Below are positions 32,870 through 43,347 of a stretch of 64,000 nucleotides of DNA, in pieces. The notes below the pieces were generated by a model, which saw only the letters and a program-made list of their open reading frames with translations, searched no databases and was not told where the DNA came from. The translations under genes and the position numbers were made by a program. The number at the start of each line of letters is the position of its first letter. Position 1 is the first letter of the stretch. The DNA lies in contig JBMFRC010000005.1 in assembly GCA_049968235.1 (NCBI GenBank), positions 121,444 through 185,443 of the forward strand, in the 5' to 3' direction. The DNA comes from Candidatus Hydrogenedens sp. (lineage in GTDB: Bacteria > Hydrogenedentota > Hydrogenedentia > Hydrogenedentales > Hydrogenedentaceae).

Positions 32870-33124
32870 TTACCAACGAATAACCACTACACCGGAACGA
32901 ATTCGGGTCTGACATGCTAATCGCTGATTCTCTCCTAACCCCATATCCTCCTCCAGATAATTTTTAGGTTCTAGATTTTCCATCCCTTCCTCTATGGTAA
33001 TAATACATGTGCCACACTGTCCTGCTCGACAACCAAAAGGGACCCCTAGTTGTTCGCATGCGTGAATTATGGGAGAACCATCGGGTAACTCCTGTTCTTT
33101 ACCATAACCTATAATTTTTGCCAT
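32870..33124 (-). CDS. [2Fe-2S] ferredoxin
   Basis: 'CRAGQCGTCIITIEEG...LACQT' is the CxxxxCxxC...C plant-type/adrenodoxin-like pattern. 84 aa. Confidence 0.75.
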   Translation of the reverse strand: MAKIIGYGKEQELPDGSPIIHACEQLGVPFGCRAGQCGTCIITIEEGMENLEPKNYLEEDMGLGENQRLACQTRIRSGVVVIRW

Positions 33125-33301
33125 ACTTATAGACTCCTGTTTTTGTTTTGACCCGGGGATAAATAGAAAAGAAGTATAACAAAAATAGAAAGTAAAAAGT
33201 TAAAAGGTAAAACTATAATTTGGGATGAACTTATGAACCTATTTTTGTTAATCTTTTCGTTATAAGTTCTGAGAATAAAAGATAATGTAGAAAAAGTTCG
33301 A

Positions 33302-34462
33302 ATGGTTAAAGAATCTGAAGAACTATATCGTGGTTTTGAACAAGGACCCATTCGTCCTCCGAGTGAATCTTTTAGTTTGCTTATCCGTATAACGAGAAAT
33401 TGCCCGTGGAATCGGTGTTCATTTTGTCCCGTTTATAAGGAGAGTCATTTTTCTGTCCGTCCTTTAGAACATGTATTAAAAGATATAGAACAAATAGCCA
33501 GAAGTATATCGTTAATTCATTTAAGATTTGGTGGAGATGTATATGCTATTGATGAAATTACATTAAACCGAATTTTGAAGGATACAGGGATTGACCCACA
33601 GGCGTTCATTTGTGCGATTAACTGGTATTCAACAGGTATGCATTCTGTATTTCTTCAAGATGCGAATTCCCTTGTTCTTCCTACTGAAAAATTAGTAACG
33701 ATTTTGAACAAACTTGTGCAATGTTTCCCCGGTATCCAGCGGATTACCAGTTATGCACGAGCACAAACGATATATAAAAAATCGATAGAAGAGTTAATAC
33801 GGTTGAGAGAACAGGGATTAAATAGAATACATATCGGATTGGAATCAGGTTCTGATACAGTTTTGAAGTTTATGAAAAAAGGAGTAACAAAAGAACAGCA
33901 TATCGAAGCAGGACAGAAAGTAATAAAGGCAGGAATTGAATTGTCGGAATACTATATGCCCGGATTAGGGGGTAAAGAACTCTGGAAAGAACATGCTATT
34001 GAGAGTGCGGATACTTTAAATCAAATCAATCCTACATTTATTCGGATTAGAACATTAGCCATTCCTGCAAACACACCCCTTTACGAAGAATGGGTGTCAG
34101 GTAATTTCAAAAAATGCACCGATGAAGAAATTGCTTATGAATTATTGTGTTTTATTGAACATCTTGAAGGAATATCTTCTTACATTAAGAGCGACCATAT
34201 CCTCAATTTACTACCCGAACTTGAAGGCAAACTTCCAGAGGATAAGAAAAAAATGATAGCTATTCTCAATGAGTTTATAAACCTGCCGGGGTGTGAAAAA
34301 CGAATATTTCAAGTGGGCAGGCGTATGGGGTTTTTCGAGAGTCTTTCGGAAAGATTGGATATAAAAAAACGAACAGTTATAGAACAGATTATCAAGCAAT
34401 ATGATATTTCAAATGATAATATTGAAGATTTTATAAATCAAATCATGAGTCGAATGTTATAA
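33302..34462 (+). CDS. radical SAM domain protein, unknown substrate
   Basis: 'NCPWNRCSFCPV' cluster motif, non-canonical CX4CX2C spacing. TIM-barrel-like 'HIGLESGSDTVL'. Confidence 0.55.
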   Translation: MVKESEELYRGFEQGPIRPPSESFSLLIRITRNCPWNRCSFCPVYKESHFSVRPLEHVLKDIEQIARSISLIHLRFGGDVYAIDEITLNRILKDTGIDPQAFICAINWYSTGMHSVFLQDANSLVLPTEKLVTILNKLVQCFPGIQRITSYARAQTIYKKSIEELIRLREQGLNRIHIGLESGSDTVLKFMKKGVTKEQHIEAGQKVIKAGIELSEYYMPGLGGKELWKEHAIESADTLNQINPTFIRIRTLAIPANTPLYEEWVSGNFKKCTDEEIAYELLCFIEHLEGISSYIKSDHILNLLPELEGKLPEDKKKMIAILNEFINLPGCEKRIFQVGRRMGFFESLSERLDIKKRTVIEQIIKQYDISNDNIEDFINQIMSRML

Positions 34463-34474
34463 TGCTATTCTTGA

Positions 34475-34975
34475 TTAATCGGTATTTAAGCAAAGGGCTA
34501 CTTGATGCGGTGTTTGACATTTAATAAGCCGTTGATAAAGGTTCTCATCTCTGAGAGATTGCATAACTTTGGCTACTAATTGAAGATATTCCTTATCTTT
34601 GTTTTTGGGTGTAGCAAATAATACGACCAGATGAACGGGTTGGTTGTCAATCGAATCAAAATCGACACCTTCAGGAACTATTGCCACGCCTATGGTAATT
34701 TCTTTTACCTCATCCATGCGAACATGAGGTATGGCAATACCCCCACCAATTCCCGTGCTGGTAATTTCCTCCCGGTCAAATACGGCTTTCTTGAACAGCT
34801 CATGATTTGTTATGGCTGAATTCTTTTTCATTGTGTCAATGAGTGTATCCAGCACATCATATTTCGTTGTTTTTTTGCGAATAATACATATTTGCGATTC
34901 AGGAATTTCTTTACCAAAAATAGGCATAAAACTTACTACCTTTTTATATAATGATAGACACTCATCAGTTTTCAT
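34475..34975 (-). CDS. ptsN: PTS EIIA(Ntr)-type nitrogen regulatory protein PtsN
   Basis: EIIA-2 fold with phospho-His motif 'GIGGGIAIPHV' and 'HLVVLFA'. Confidence 0.8.
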   Translation of the reverse strand: MKTDECLSLYKKVVSFMPIFGKEIPESQICIIRKKTTKYDVLDTLIDTMKKNSAITNHELFKKAVFDREEITSTGIGGGIAIPHVRMDEVKEITIGVAIVPEGVDFDSIDNQPVHLVVLFATPKNKDKEYLQLVAKVMQSLRDENLYQRLIKCQTPHQVALCLNTD

Positions 34976-35026
34976 ACATAATTTATATAAACAAAACGAT
35001 AATATCGTTTTGAACGCTATGATTTA

Positions 35027-36205
35027 TTATTGAAACGAAACACCTTTCAAATGTTGCAGTAACCGCTCTATGGCTTCATCAAGTTGCTCTTCCTTGACCG
35101 TAAGAGAAAAACGGACATAACCTTCTCCATATTGTCCATAAGCACTACCCGGAGCCAGGACAATGGCACATTTTTCAAAAATAAATTCACAAAACTCTGC
35201 GGAAGTAAACCCGGAAGGAACCGGAGCCCAGAGATAGAAAGTCCCTTTGCTTGCAGGTATTTCCCAGTTTAATTCTTTTAATGCGGATAATAACTTTTCC
35301 CGACGATGGCGATAAACTTCCAACATTTTTTCTGTAAAATCATCGCAATCATTTAATGCTTTAATCCCCGCATATTGGATTGCATTAAAGATACCGGAGT
35401 CTGTGTTCGCTTTGATTGTTGCAATCCCTTTTATTATTTCCGCATTCCCACAGGCCATTCCAATCCGCCAGCCAGTCATATTAAAAGGCTTTGATAAGGA
35501 ATTGAGCTCAACCCCAATATCTTTTGCCCCCTGAACGGAAAGGAAACTCAACCGTTCCCCTTCAAAAACAACTTCACTGTAAGGATTATCATAACAAACC
35601 GCAATATTCCATGATTTACAAAACTCTACCAGTTCGTTCAGGAATTCTTTCGTAGCAATTGCACCTGTGGGATTATTCGGATAATTTAAGTAAAAAGCCT
35701 TTGCTTGCTTCGCAATTTCTGTGGGAATATCTGCTAAAGCAGGGAGAAAATTGCTCTTTGCTGTTGCGGGAACGGGAACGGGTTCTCCTCCTGCAAACCA
35801 GATACTAGGTTTATATCCGGGATAGCCTGGGTCTGTTACCAGTACTTTATCCCCAGGGTCAACTACTGCCAGAGCGAAATGGTGGCAACCTTCTTTGGAA
35901 CCGATAAGAGCCACAATTTCTTTGCCTGGGTCCAATGTAACTCCATAACGACGATGATACCAATTCGCAATGGCTTCGCGTAATGTACGCATCCCCCATT
36001 CTTCATCTGTCGGATAACGATGATTCTCCGGGTCATAGGCAGTTCTGCATAGTTCATCAATGACCGGTGTCGGTGTCGGGTCAACAGGGTCACCAATGGC
36101 TAAACTGATGACCTTTACTCCACGGGCTTTAGCTTCATTAATTTTGTTCCGTAATGTCATAAATAAATAAGGGGGTATCTTTTCTAACCGTTGGGCTATA
36201 AACAT
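35027..36205 (-). CDS. class I/II PLP aminotransferase, LL-diaminopimelate aminotransferase (DapL)-like
   Basis: 'RLEKIPPYLFMTLRNKINEAKARGVKVISLAIGDPVDPTP' resembles DapL N-terminus. PLP-Lys region 'SLSKPFNMTGWRIG'. Confidence 0.65.
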   Translation of the reverse strand: MFIAQRLEKIPPYLFMTLRNKINEAKARGVKVISLAIGDPVDPTPTPVIDELCRTAYDPENHRYPTDEEWGMRTLREAIANWYHRRYGVTLDPGKEIVALIGSKEGCHHFALAVVDPGDKVLVTDPGYPGYKPSIWFAGGEPVPVPATAKSNFLPALADIPTEIAKQAKAFYLNYPNNPTGAIATKEFLNELVEFCKSWNIAVCYDNPYSEVVFEGERLSFLSVQGAKDIGVELNSLSKPFNMTGWRIGMACGNAEIIKGIATIKANTDSGIFNAIQYAGIKALNDCDDFTEKMLEVYRHRREKLLSALKELNWEIPASKGTFYLWAPVPSGFTSAEFCEFIFEKCAIVLAPGSAYGQYGEGYVRFSLTVKEEQLDEAIERLLQHLKGVSFQ

Positions 36206-36680
36206 AATAACCTTTCTCTTATGCCTAATTTATATTCCCCAAAGTACCTATGTAAACCTATATTATACCAAATCGCAGGTATTATCTCCAATAAATCATA
36301 AAAAATATCTATTTTCCGAATAAAAACCTTTGAACAAGCATGGAATAGAATAAACAGTATCGCATGTTTTGAAAGCGTTAATAATTCGTATATCGTTTAA
36401 AATCTGCTTAACATTTCACAGAACCTCATGATTTCCCTATCCATAGTAAAATAACATCTTGTTTACCTGTTCCTTTGACTAACTTTGAATTTTATTATCC
36501 ATGTCCCATAAATCAAAATTTCCTTCTTTACTTTATGTTAATTTACATAATTTTATGGTTAAGAAACACATACAAAATGTCAGTGTTACCCCTATAATAA
36601 ATCCGTATGTATCGGTTTTGTTTGTTCCATTCCTCAATAGGAGAATATCTCGTTTTTTGGGAACTTCCTATGTTTTTTTA

Positions 36681-37880
36681 TTAACTGGCTGATTTCTTTT
36701 TCCTTAAAACACTGATTACTTGTTCAATGCGTTCATTGAAAAATTCTAATAAATAATCATGCAACTCAGAGTTGGAAGCGGCAATAAGTGTTTGATAATT
36801 TTCTGGATGCGTATCTAAAAGCAATACATTATCAAAATTATCGCCTTCTGTATTTGTAAACACACATCCTGCTTCCTGTGCCACTAATAAAGCGGGGCAT
36901 AAATCATATGGGGCAGGCCCAATAATAGAACCTTTCCCGGATTTAAGGAACATATCCCGTGTTCCTTCTGGAAACTCTTTAAAGAATCGAACGGAAATAT
37001 CTACACAAGCATCTAATTGCCCCGTAACTAACCGGGTTAAACTATAGGAACTGCTATTACAGGTGAAGAAACCACCTCGTAAACTGCTAAGGTCAATTAA
37101 TTTACCTGCTGCATTGAAAATAAGATAGGAAGGTCTTCCGGGTATAGTCAATGACCAGTTTAATGTTTCAATATCTGTATTGTTTGAAAGTTTGGGGCGT
37201 TTTTTGGCATCACCACTTATAATGGAAGTCCCTTCTCCTCTTTCTGCATAGAAGATACGGTCATTCATTATTTCTGCTATACATGCATTATCAAGGTCTT
37301 TGTAAGTAGGTCGTTCAATGACACGAGTACTTGCAACAGACACGGTGCACCATTCAAATCCATTTTTAGCGGAACGTGTACCATCAATAGGGTCAACAAT
37401 TAAAAGATATTTCGGTACACGGGCGTAAGTTGAATATCCTGTATCCTCAGAGTAATAAGCAATGGGTTGTTTGGATGCTCTTAAAAAAGATAATAACGCT
37501 TTTTCTGCAATCTGGTCTATTGCAAAAGTTGGGTCTCCTGTTGGTGCTACATGCACAATATCCTTACCTTTAAGTGAGCGAGCAACAGGCTCTACTGCTT
37601 CCTTAATAAACATGACTAAATCAAATAAAAATTCTCGCGATAGCATTTTCTCCCCACGACCATGTCTCTTGCTTTCTTGCTTCGCTTCAGTTGATATTTC
37701 TTCAGATTTCTCTACAGGGGGTCTTCCTCTTTTTCTTTTCATAGGTTGTGCTTTCATCGGTGCTGTTATCTCCTCTTTTTTAGGTCTTCCTCTTTTTTTA
37801 AGGTTTTCATCCAATTTTTTTGATTGTTTAGAAACAGCAACTCTTTCCTTCATTTTTGAATCTTTTTTTGCGCCTGCCAT
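36681..37880 (-). CDS. inositol-monophosphatase/FBPase-family phosphatase with N-terminal AT-hook (RGRP) extension
   Basis: IMPase motifs 'LLIVDPIDGTRS' and '...GPAPYDLCPALLVAQEAGCV'. N-terminal 100 aa K/R-rich with 'KKRGRPKKE' and 'KRKRGRPPVE'. Confidence 0.7.
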   Translation of the reverse strand: MAGAKKDSKMKERVAVSKQSKKLDENLKKRGRPKKEEITAPMKAQPMKRKRGRPPVEKSEEISTEAKQESKRHGRGEKMLSREFLFDLVMFIKEAVEPVARSLKGKDIVHVAPTGDPTFAIDQIAEKALLSFLRASKQPIAYYSEDTGYSTYARVPKYLLIVDPIDGTRSAKNGFEWCTVSVASTRVIERPTYKDLDNACIAEIMNDRIFYAERGEGTSIISGDAKKRPKLSNNTDIETLNWSLTIPGRPSYLIFNAAGKLIDLSSLRGGFFTCNSSSYSLTRLVTGQLDACVDISVRFFKEFPEGTRDMFLKSGKGSIIGPAPYDLCPALLVAQEAGCVFTNTEGDNFDNVLLLDTHPENYQTLIAASNSELHDYLLEFFNERIEQVISVLRKKKSAS

Positions 37881-38136
37881 GAACGCATTCCCTTTCTTAA
37901 GGTTTAGAGATTACTTTTTACATATCTATGTTAAACCGTTATAATCCTTACTTCATATTATTTACAAACTCAACGATTTTACATTTTTTTCATAACAAAA
38001 TATGTTTATATAAATAACATAAGGCAATGAATTAATAAAAGTCAAATTCATGTTTTTAAAGGACTATAACGATATATTACAAGAATTCAAAGGTAGGAAG
38101 AAATATAGTAAATAGGTAGGAATGTTTAATTTATAT

Positions 38137-38490
38137 CTATTGAGGATTTGTTATATAAGATAATTTTTTACTTAATTCAGATAGAGAGATAGGCTTTAAT
38201 AAAACATCAATAATATTGTCAGGCAATTTTTGATAATGTTTAGGATGTAAGCCTGTTAATATCAAAACCTTTGCTTGAGGTTTTAATTCCTTGAGTTTTT
38301 CCGCAGTGGTGATACCATCAATTATAGGCATATCTATATCCATCAAAATAATATCGAAATGTTCTTTTTTTACCAATTCAAGAACTTCTGATCCGTTATA
38401 GGCGAACTCTGCATTATAACCTTTAATAGAAGACCATTTCTTAAATATGTTAATTAAATTCGAGTCATCATCTACAAACAACAATCTCAT
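38137..38490 (-). CDS. single-domain response regulator (CheY-like receiver)
   Basis: 'MRLLFVDDD...DIILMDIDMP...KVLILTG' gives the acceptor Asp and conserved Lys. 117 aa, no output domain. Confidence 0.8.
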   Translation of the reverse strand: MRLLFVDDDSNLINIFKKWSSIKGYNAEFAYNGSEVLELVKKEHFDIILMDIDMPIIDGITTAEKLKELKPQAKVLILTGLHPKHYQKLPDNIIDVLLKPISLSELSKKLSYITNPQ

Positions 38491-38834
38491 TAATTAAACT
38501 CCGAATAAGCCTAAAAAATTATAGAATATCTATAATTATGTCTCTATATATATTATACTATATAACCAAATATTTGTTTCAAACTTCCTGTACATTGTAA
38601 CACTTTTTAGACATAAAAATTCCAGGTTTTTAATATAATAATAATGCAAATAAAAATTTATTTGTTAACTATTTTTATCTTGTTTTATATAAAAAACAAA
38701 TTATTATTATTTTAAAATTATTTTGTTCAGGTTAATTTTGATTTTATAATTTATTTTATGTTATACTGTTATCTATTATTCTTTGATTTAGTTCCTTTTA
38801 ATTACAATATAATTTTTGGAAGAAGGTAAGTATC

Positions 38835-39590
38835 ATGCCAAGACCTATAATTTTATTGACCAATGATGATGGTATTCATGCGAAAGGTTTATCGCATCTA
38901 TCCGAGATGATGGAAAGTATTGGAGATGTATATGTTTTCGCTCCTGACCGTGAACAGAGTGCAGTGGGACATGGTGTATCATTACGAAAACCTTTACGCG
39001 TAACGCCTGTAAAAGAAAAGTGGCATATGGTAGATGGAACACCTACGGATTGTGTAATGTTGGCGGTTCGGGATTTATTAGGAGTTAAGCCTTCTCTAAT
39101 TATTGCTGGAATAAATGCGGGGGCAAATCTCGGAGATGATGTTACTTATTCTGGAACGGTAGCAGGTGCATTTGAAGGTATGTTGTTGGGAGTTCCATCG
39201 TTTTCAATTTCTATTGTTAGCCATGAACCGGAACATTTTGAATCGGCTGGAATTTTTGCAGTAAAACTAGGTCGTTATATTTTGAAGTATGGTCTTCCTG
39301 CGGATACTATGTTAAATGTAAATGTTCCTGACCTACCTTATTCCGAATTAAAAGGTGTAGCCATAACAAAAATGGGTCGAAGAAATTACCAGGATGAGAT
39401 AATCAAAAGATATGACCCGCGTGGACAAATTTACTACTGGATAGGGGGAGCCCAGCCAACCCATATTGAGGAGCCGGGGACAGATTTTGAGGCTATTGAG
39501 CAGAATCAAATTAGTATTACACCTCTTCAACGGGATTTTACCAATCATTCTGCCCTCTCTTACTTTTATGACCCCCGTATCGAACTTTGA
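38835..39590 (+). CDS. surE: 5'/3'-nucleotidase SurE
   Basis: 'ILLTNDDGIHAKGL', 'SGINAGANLGDDVTYSGTVAGA'. Confidence 0.9.
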   Translation: MPRPIILLTNDDGIHAKGLSHLSEMMESIGDVYVFAPDREQSAVGHGVSLRKPLRVTPVKEKWHMVDGTPTDCVMLAVRDLLGVKPSLIIAGINAGANLGDDVTYSGTVAGAFEGMLLGVPSFSISIVSHEPEHFESAGIFAVKLGRYILKYGLPADTMLNVNVPDLPYSELKGVAITKMGRRNYQDEIIKRYDPRGQIYYWIGGAQPTHIEEPGTDFEAIEQNQISITPLQRDFTNHSALSYFYDPRIEL

Positions 39591-39627
39591 TGTTTTAAAT
39601 TTCCTTTATTTATGAGGGCTGTATTTT

Positions 39628-40224
39628 ATGAAATTGTTACGAAGGCTGTATGACTGGGTTTTGAGTTGGGCTGAAAGTCCTTATGGAGCATCTGCGTTAT
39701 TTCTATTAGCCTTTGCAGAATCAAGTTTTTTTCCTATTCCGCCGGATGTTCTGCTTATCGCTCTTTGTATAGGAAATCGTTTAAAATCATTCTGGTTTGC
39801 GTTTTTATGTGCGATAGGTTCAGTTATGGGAGGTGTATTTGGTTATTTAATTGGTTATAGTGTATGGATGGTGGTTCAGGACTTTTTTTTCAATTATGTC
39901 CCCGGATTTACACCGGAAACATTTGAGCATGTAAAAAATCTATATGAAAATTATAATTTTTGGATAGTTTTTGTTGCTGCTTTTACACCTATTCCTTACA
40001 AAGTTATAACTATTGCGGCGGGTGTATGCACAATTAATTTCCCTATGTTTTTGATTGCTTCTGCTATAGGAAGGTCTGCTCGATTTTTTCTCGTTAGCAC
40101 CTTGATATTTATTTTCGGTGAGAAGATACGAAATTTTATTGACCGTTGGTTTGATTGGTGTGTTGTCACATTTACTATTTTACTTATTGGTGGTTTTGTG
40201 GTAATAAAGTGGTGGGCTTCTTAG
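39628..40224 (+). CDS. YqaA/DedA-related small membrane protein
   Basis: 'SALFLLAFAESSFFPIPPDVLLIAL' is the YqaA-family signature. Confidence 0.6.
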   Translation: MKLLRRLYDWVLSWAESPYGASALFLLAFAESSFFPIPPDVLLIALCIGNRLKSFWFAFLCAIGSVMGGVFGYLIGYSVWMVVQDFFFNYVPGFTPETFEHVKNLYENYNFWIVFVAAFTPIPYKVITIAAGVCTINFPMFLIASAIGRSARFFLVSTLIFIFGEKIRNFIDRWFDWCVVTFTILLIGGFVVIKWWAS

Positions 40225-40233
40225 AAATACGGA

Positions 40234-41373
40234 TTATTTTCTTTTCGGAGCGGTAAGTTCTAAAATGATTTGTTCCGGAAAAGGAATTCTACTTTCAATA
40301 CATGACGGAATCTCAAAAACAAAGTAATCATTGTTTTCAATTTTGCATAATCCTTTAATCCTACCCCCACTGTTTATAGGGTCTCCATATACCAAAGAAC
40401 TAAATAAAGTGTTCAGTTTCCCATTTAATTGTAAATACCCATTTAAGGGTGTGTAAAAGGCAATACTCCATTGATTAAATTTATCTTTGTAAGTGAACGC
40501 ATGAGTATCAATAAAACCTATTATGTTATATACCCCTTTTTCTTGCTCTATTATGCAGGATTTACCCCAGAATTCAAATCTTTTTTTGTTATATGTAGTA
40601 ACAATATCGCCCGGTGCAAGCAAAACATTATAAGAGGGCATTGCGGGATTCCGAGAGATAATATCTATTAAAACACCATATTCCGGTCCTATATCCGATG
40701 GGTGTAATTCAATAAATGGGGTAAAGTTTGTTCCCATTCCTAGAAGAAATCCAAAAATGTTCGGAGTATAATTAGATGACTTAATGCAATATATATTGTT
40801 CGGTTCTTTTATTTTTTCAAAGGTTACAGGAAATATAGGAGTGAGCAATGATTGTATTTTGTTATTGCTTGTAAATAATAGAGAATTTTTTCCCTCTATT
40901 ATGGGAATATCTTGATTGGTAATATCCGCTCCGTTCAATATACACGATTTTATCTCTGTTTCTCCCTCCACCCAGAAAAGAACCTGACTGGAAGGCTTTA
41001 ACAGAACAAAATAATATTTCCAAATTTCTTTCCCGGTGGGGGATTCCATCTCTTCATTCCATGATATAACCTTAAAGTGTAAATTTTCGATTTTCCTTAT
41101 ATCTATATATTTCTTGTTTTTTGAAAATTCAGAATGAGTAAGATTAGTATCAAAAGATATTTGAAGTTCTCTAATAATCTGTGCGTCCTCAACCGTGTTA
41201 TGCAAACATATACAGGAACCGGTATTTTCACTACTCGGGAATGTAATATCCATGCCGGAAATATAGTTTTTCTGGGTTATATTGACATGAACACACGGCT
41301 TTGAATTCTCTAAAGAAAAGGCACTACTGTAATAAACGAAAAACAGTGAAACTAAGTACCAAATGGTTCTCAT
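40234..41373 (-). CDS. secreted hypothetical protein (379 aa)
   Basis: Signal peptide 'MRTIWYLVSLFFVYYSSAFS'. No motif. Confidence 0.45.
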   Translation of the reverse strand: MRTIWYLVSLFFVYYSSAFSLENSKPCVHVNITQKNYISGMDITFPSSENTGSCICLHNTVEDAQIIRELQISFDTNLTHSEFSKNKKYIDIRKIENLHFKVISWNEEMESPTGKEIWKYYFVLLKPSSQVLFWVEGETEIKSCILNGADITNQDIPIIEGKNSLLFTSNNKIQSLLTPIFPVTFEKIKEPNNIYCIKSSNYTPNIFGFLLGMGTNFTPFIELHPSDIGPEYGVLIDIISRNPAMPSYNVLLAPGDIVTTYNKKRFEFWGKSCIIEQEKGVYNIIGFIDTHAFTYKDKFNQWSIAFYTPLNGYLQLNGKLNTLFSSLVYGDPINSGGRIKGLCKIENNDYFVFEIPSCIESRIPFPEQIILELTAPKRK

Positions 41374-41518
41374 AACGAAACCCTATTACATTATGTGGTT
41401 TATTTCCTGTATTGTAAAATGATTTATTAGCCAAAAATACTTGTTTTCGGGTAAACTTATAGTATAGAAAAACTACATTTAATTTAAAGTGTATCGATTG
41501 GAGTTGTTTTTATAAACA

Positions 41519-43288
41519 ATGATAAATAAATTATCTTTTGCATGTTTGTTTCTCTTTTTTTTAAGTATATCTATATCGTTTGGTCAGGAAAATACTGTTT
41601 CCGCAGATATTATTCAATGGTTGGAACAAGCAGGTTATCCCACAGACCTTTTCCAGATAAAATTACAATGGATTGAATATACAAAAAAGGGGTATGTATA
41701 TGGTCTTTTGGTGGATGAAATTGCAACCGGTATAGATGAAGAAGTTTATTTTGATGAACATGGAAATAAATTGGATTTAGAAAAAATAAGAGAAATGAAT
41801 TTAACTCCCAAGAAATGGAATTCGGATATTGTAGATGTCCCAACGGGAGGTATACAAAAAAAGTCATATAAAAAAGGGAAGATAGGAAATTTATCGGCTT
41901 CAGTAAACAATGTGCAATTAAAGCCTTCTCAATACACATTCAACCTTCCTACTCCAACCTTTTTTGATAAAGAAGGCATTAATAATGAGCAGGAAAAAGG
42001 GCTATTGGAGATAGGAAAAGTGATTACTATGGATGTCCCTCTAACTCTTTTTAGAACGACATCTCCCGTTTATTTTACTCAAGAAAAAGGCAATGGTTAT
42101 TCTATTTACTCTTTGAATTTCTTTGCGGAAAATGCTATGGGAATAAAACTTCATTTTGTATTGACGGATTTATTGCCCCCTTTGCATAATCTTTACATTA
42201 TGGGAAATAATGGGGATAATGAGGTGATTCCTGTTATGGTAAGTGATAAAGATATATGGTCTCCTTTGATTTATTCATCCGAAGTTACCCTGTTCTATGT
42301 TTTGCCCGAGAGTTCCTCTTTTTCTTCTGTTCCAATAACTATTGACCAATACGCATACATATATACAGACCCGATAGAAGAAATGAAAATGCAGGGGACC
42401 TGTTATGAAGATGTAATGTGTTATGAACCGTGGAAAACTTTGAGCAAAGGTGTCGTAGGAATAGTTCGAGTTGCCGAACCGAGTGTTATTTTTTGCACGG
42501 GCAGTCTTTTGAATGATGGTAACGATGAACAATTGTCCCAGTTAATTTTAACTGCATTTCATTGTGTCAGTAATCAATCCACAGCGGAAACTCTGGAGTT
42601 CATCTGGATGTATCAAACAGTGGATTGCAAAGGGATAGTTCCTTCTATAACAAGTGTCCCCAAAACAACAGGGGGAGCGGATTTCCTTATTGGCTCCGAT
42701 ACATACTATGGAACAGATATGTCTTTATTACGTATGAAAAATGCACCACCCAATAATGTTTTAGAATTAGGATTTACAAATGCTATCATTCCTGTGGGGA
42801 CAGGTGTTGTTGCGATACACCATCCGGGTCGTTCGTATAAACGAATTTCTTTCGGTAGTATGACAGATACAGGCAGTCCATCATATAACGGGGACAATTT
42901 GCGTCCACTGGATAAATATCACGAAGTTATTTATAGTCTTAGCAGTACAGAAGCCGGCTCATCTGGCTGTCCCTTATTCCGAGAGAATACTCAACAAATT
43001 ATTGGACAACTCTGGGGGGGAAATGCCTTTTGTAATGCAATGAATGAGCCGGATTATTATGGGCGGTTTGATGTAAGTTATCCGTTAATAGAACCCTTTA
43101 TTTTTATTCCCCCAAATATCTTTGATGTCGATAATTCTGGGACGGTTGATAATAATGACTTGAACTTGGTGGTGAATGCAGTTTTGGGTATTAACTCAAC
43201 GATGAAAACCGATTTTAATAATGATAGCAGAACAGATGCCTGTGATATTCAAATATTAAGAAATAAAATATTAAGCAGGATAAAATAA
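41519..43288 (+). CDS. secreted trypsin-fold (S1) serine endopeptidase with C-terminal dockerin-like Ca-binding module
   Basis: Signal peptide. His 'LTAFHCV', Asp 'DMSLLRM', Ser 'GSSGCPLF'. C-terminus 'DVDNSGTVDNNDLNLVVNAVLG...DFNNDSRTDACDIQILRNKIL' is a duplicated dockerin type I loop-helix. Confidence 0.65.
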   Translation: MINKLSFACLFLFFLSISISFGQENTVSADIIQWLEQAGYPTDLFQIKLQWIEYTKKGYVYGLLVDEIATGIDEEVYFDEHGNKLDLEKIREMNLTPKKWNSDIVDVPTGGIQKKSYKKGKIGNLSASVNNVQLKPSQYTFNLPTPTFFDKEGINNEQEKGLLEIGKVITMDVPLTLFRTTSPVYFTQEKGNGYSIYSLNFFAENAMGIKLHFVLTDLLPPLHNLYIMGNNGDNEVIPVMVSDKDIWSPLIYSSEVTLFYVLPESSSFSSVPITIDQYAYIYTDPIEEMKMQGTCYEDVMCYEPWKTLSKGVVGIVRVAEPSVIFCTGSLLNDGNDEQLSQLILTAFHCVSNQSTAETLEFIWMYQTVDCKGIVPSITSVPKTTGGADFLIGSDTYYGTDMSLLRMKNAPPNNVLELGFTNAIIPVGTGVVAIHHPGRSYKRISFGSMTDTGSPSYNGDNLRPLDKYHEVIYSLSSTEAGSSGCPLFRENTQQIIGQLWGGNAFCNAMNEPDYYGRFDVSYPLIEPFIFIPPNIFDVDNSGTVDNNDLNLVVNAVLGINSTMKTDFNNDSRTDACDIQILRNKILSRIK

Positions 43289-43347
43289 ATTCAATGCTAA
43301 ATTTGTTATAAGTTATAATATTAAACAATGGCTGTAGGTAATGAAAA

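Noticed and set aside
36206-36680. 470-bp intergenic region with small ORF 36501-36692; looked for tRNA/ncRNA or a riboswitch upstream of the aminotransferase
   Set aside because: AT-rich, no cloverleaf-compatible GC-rich segments, no recognisable conserved riboswitch sequence elements by eye.
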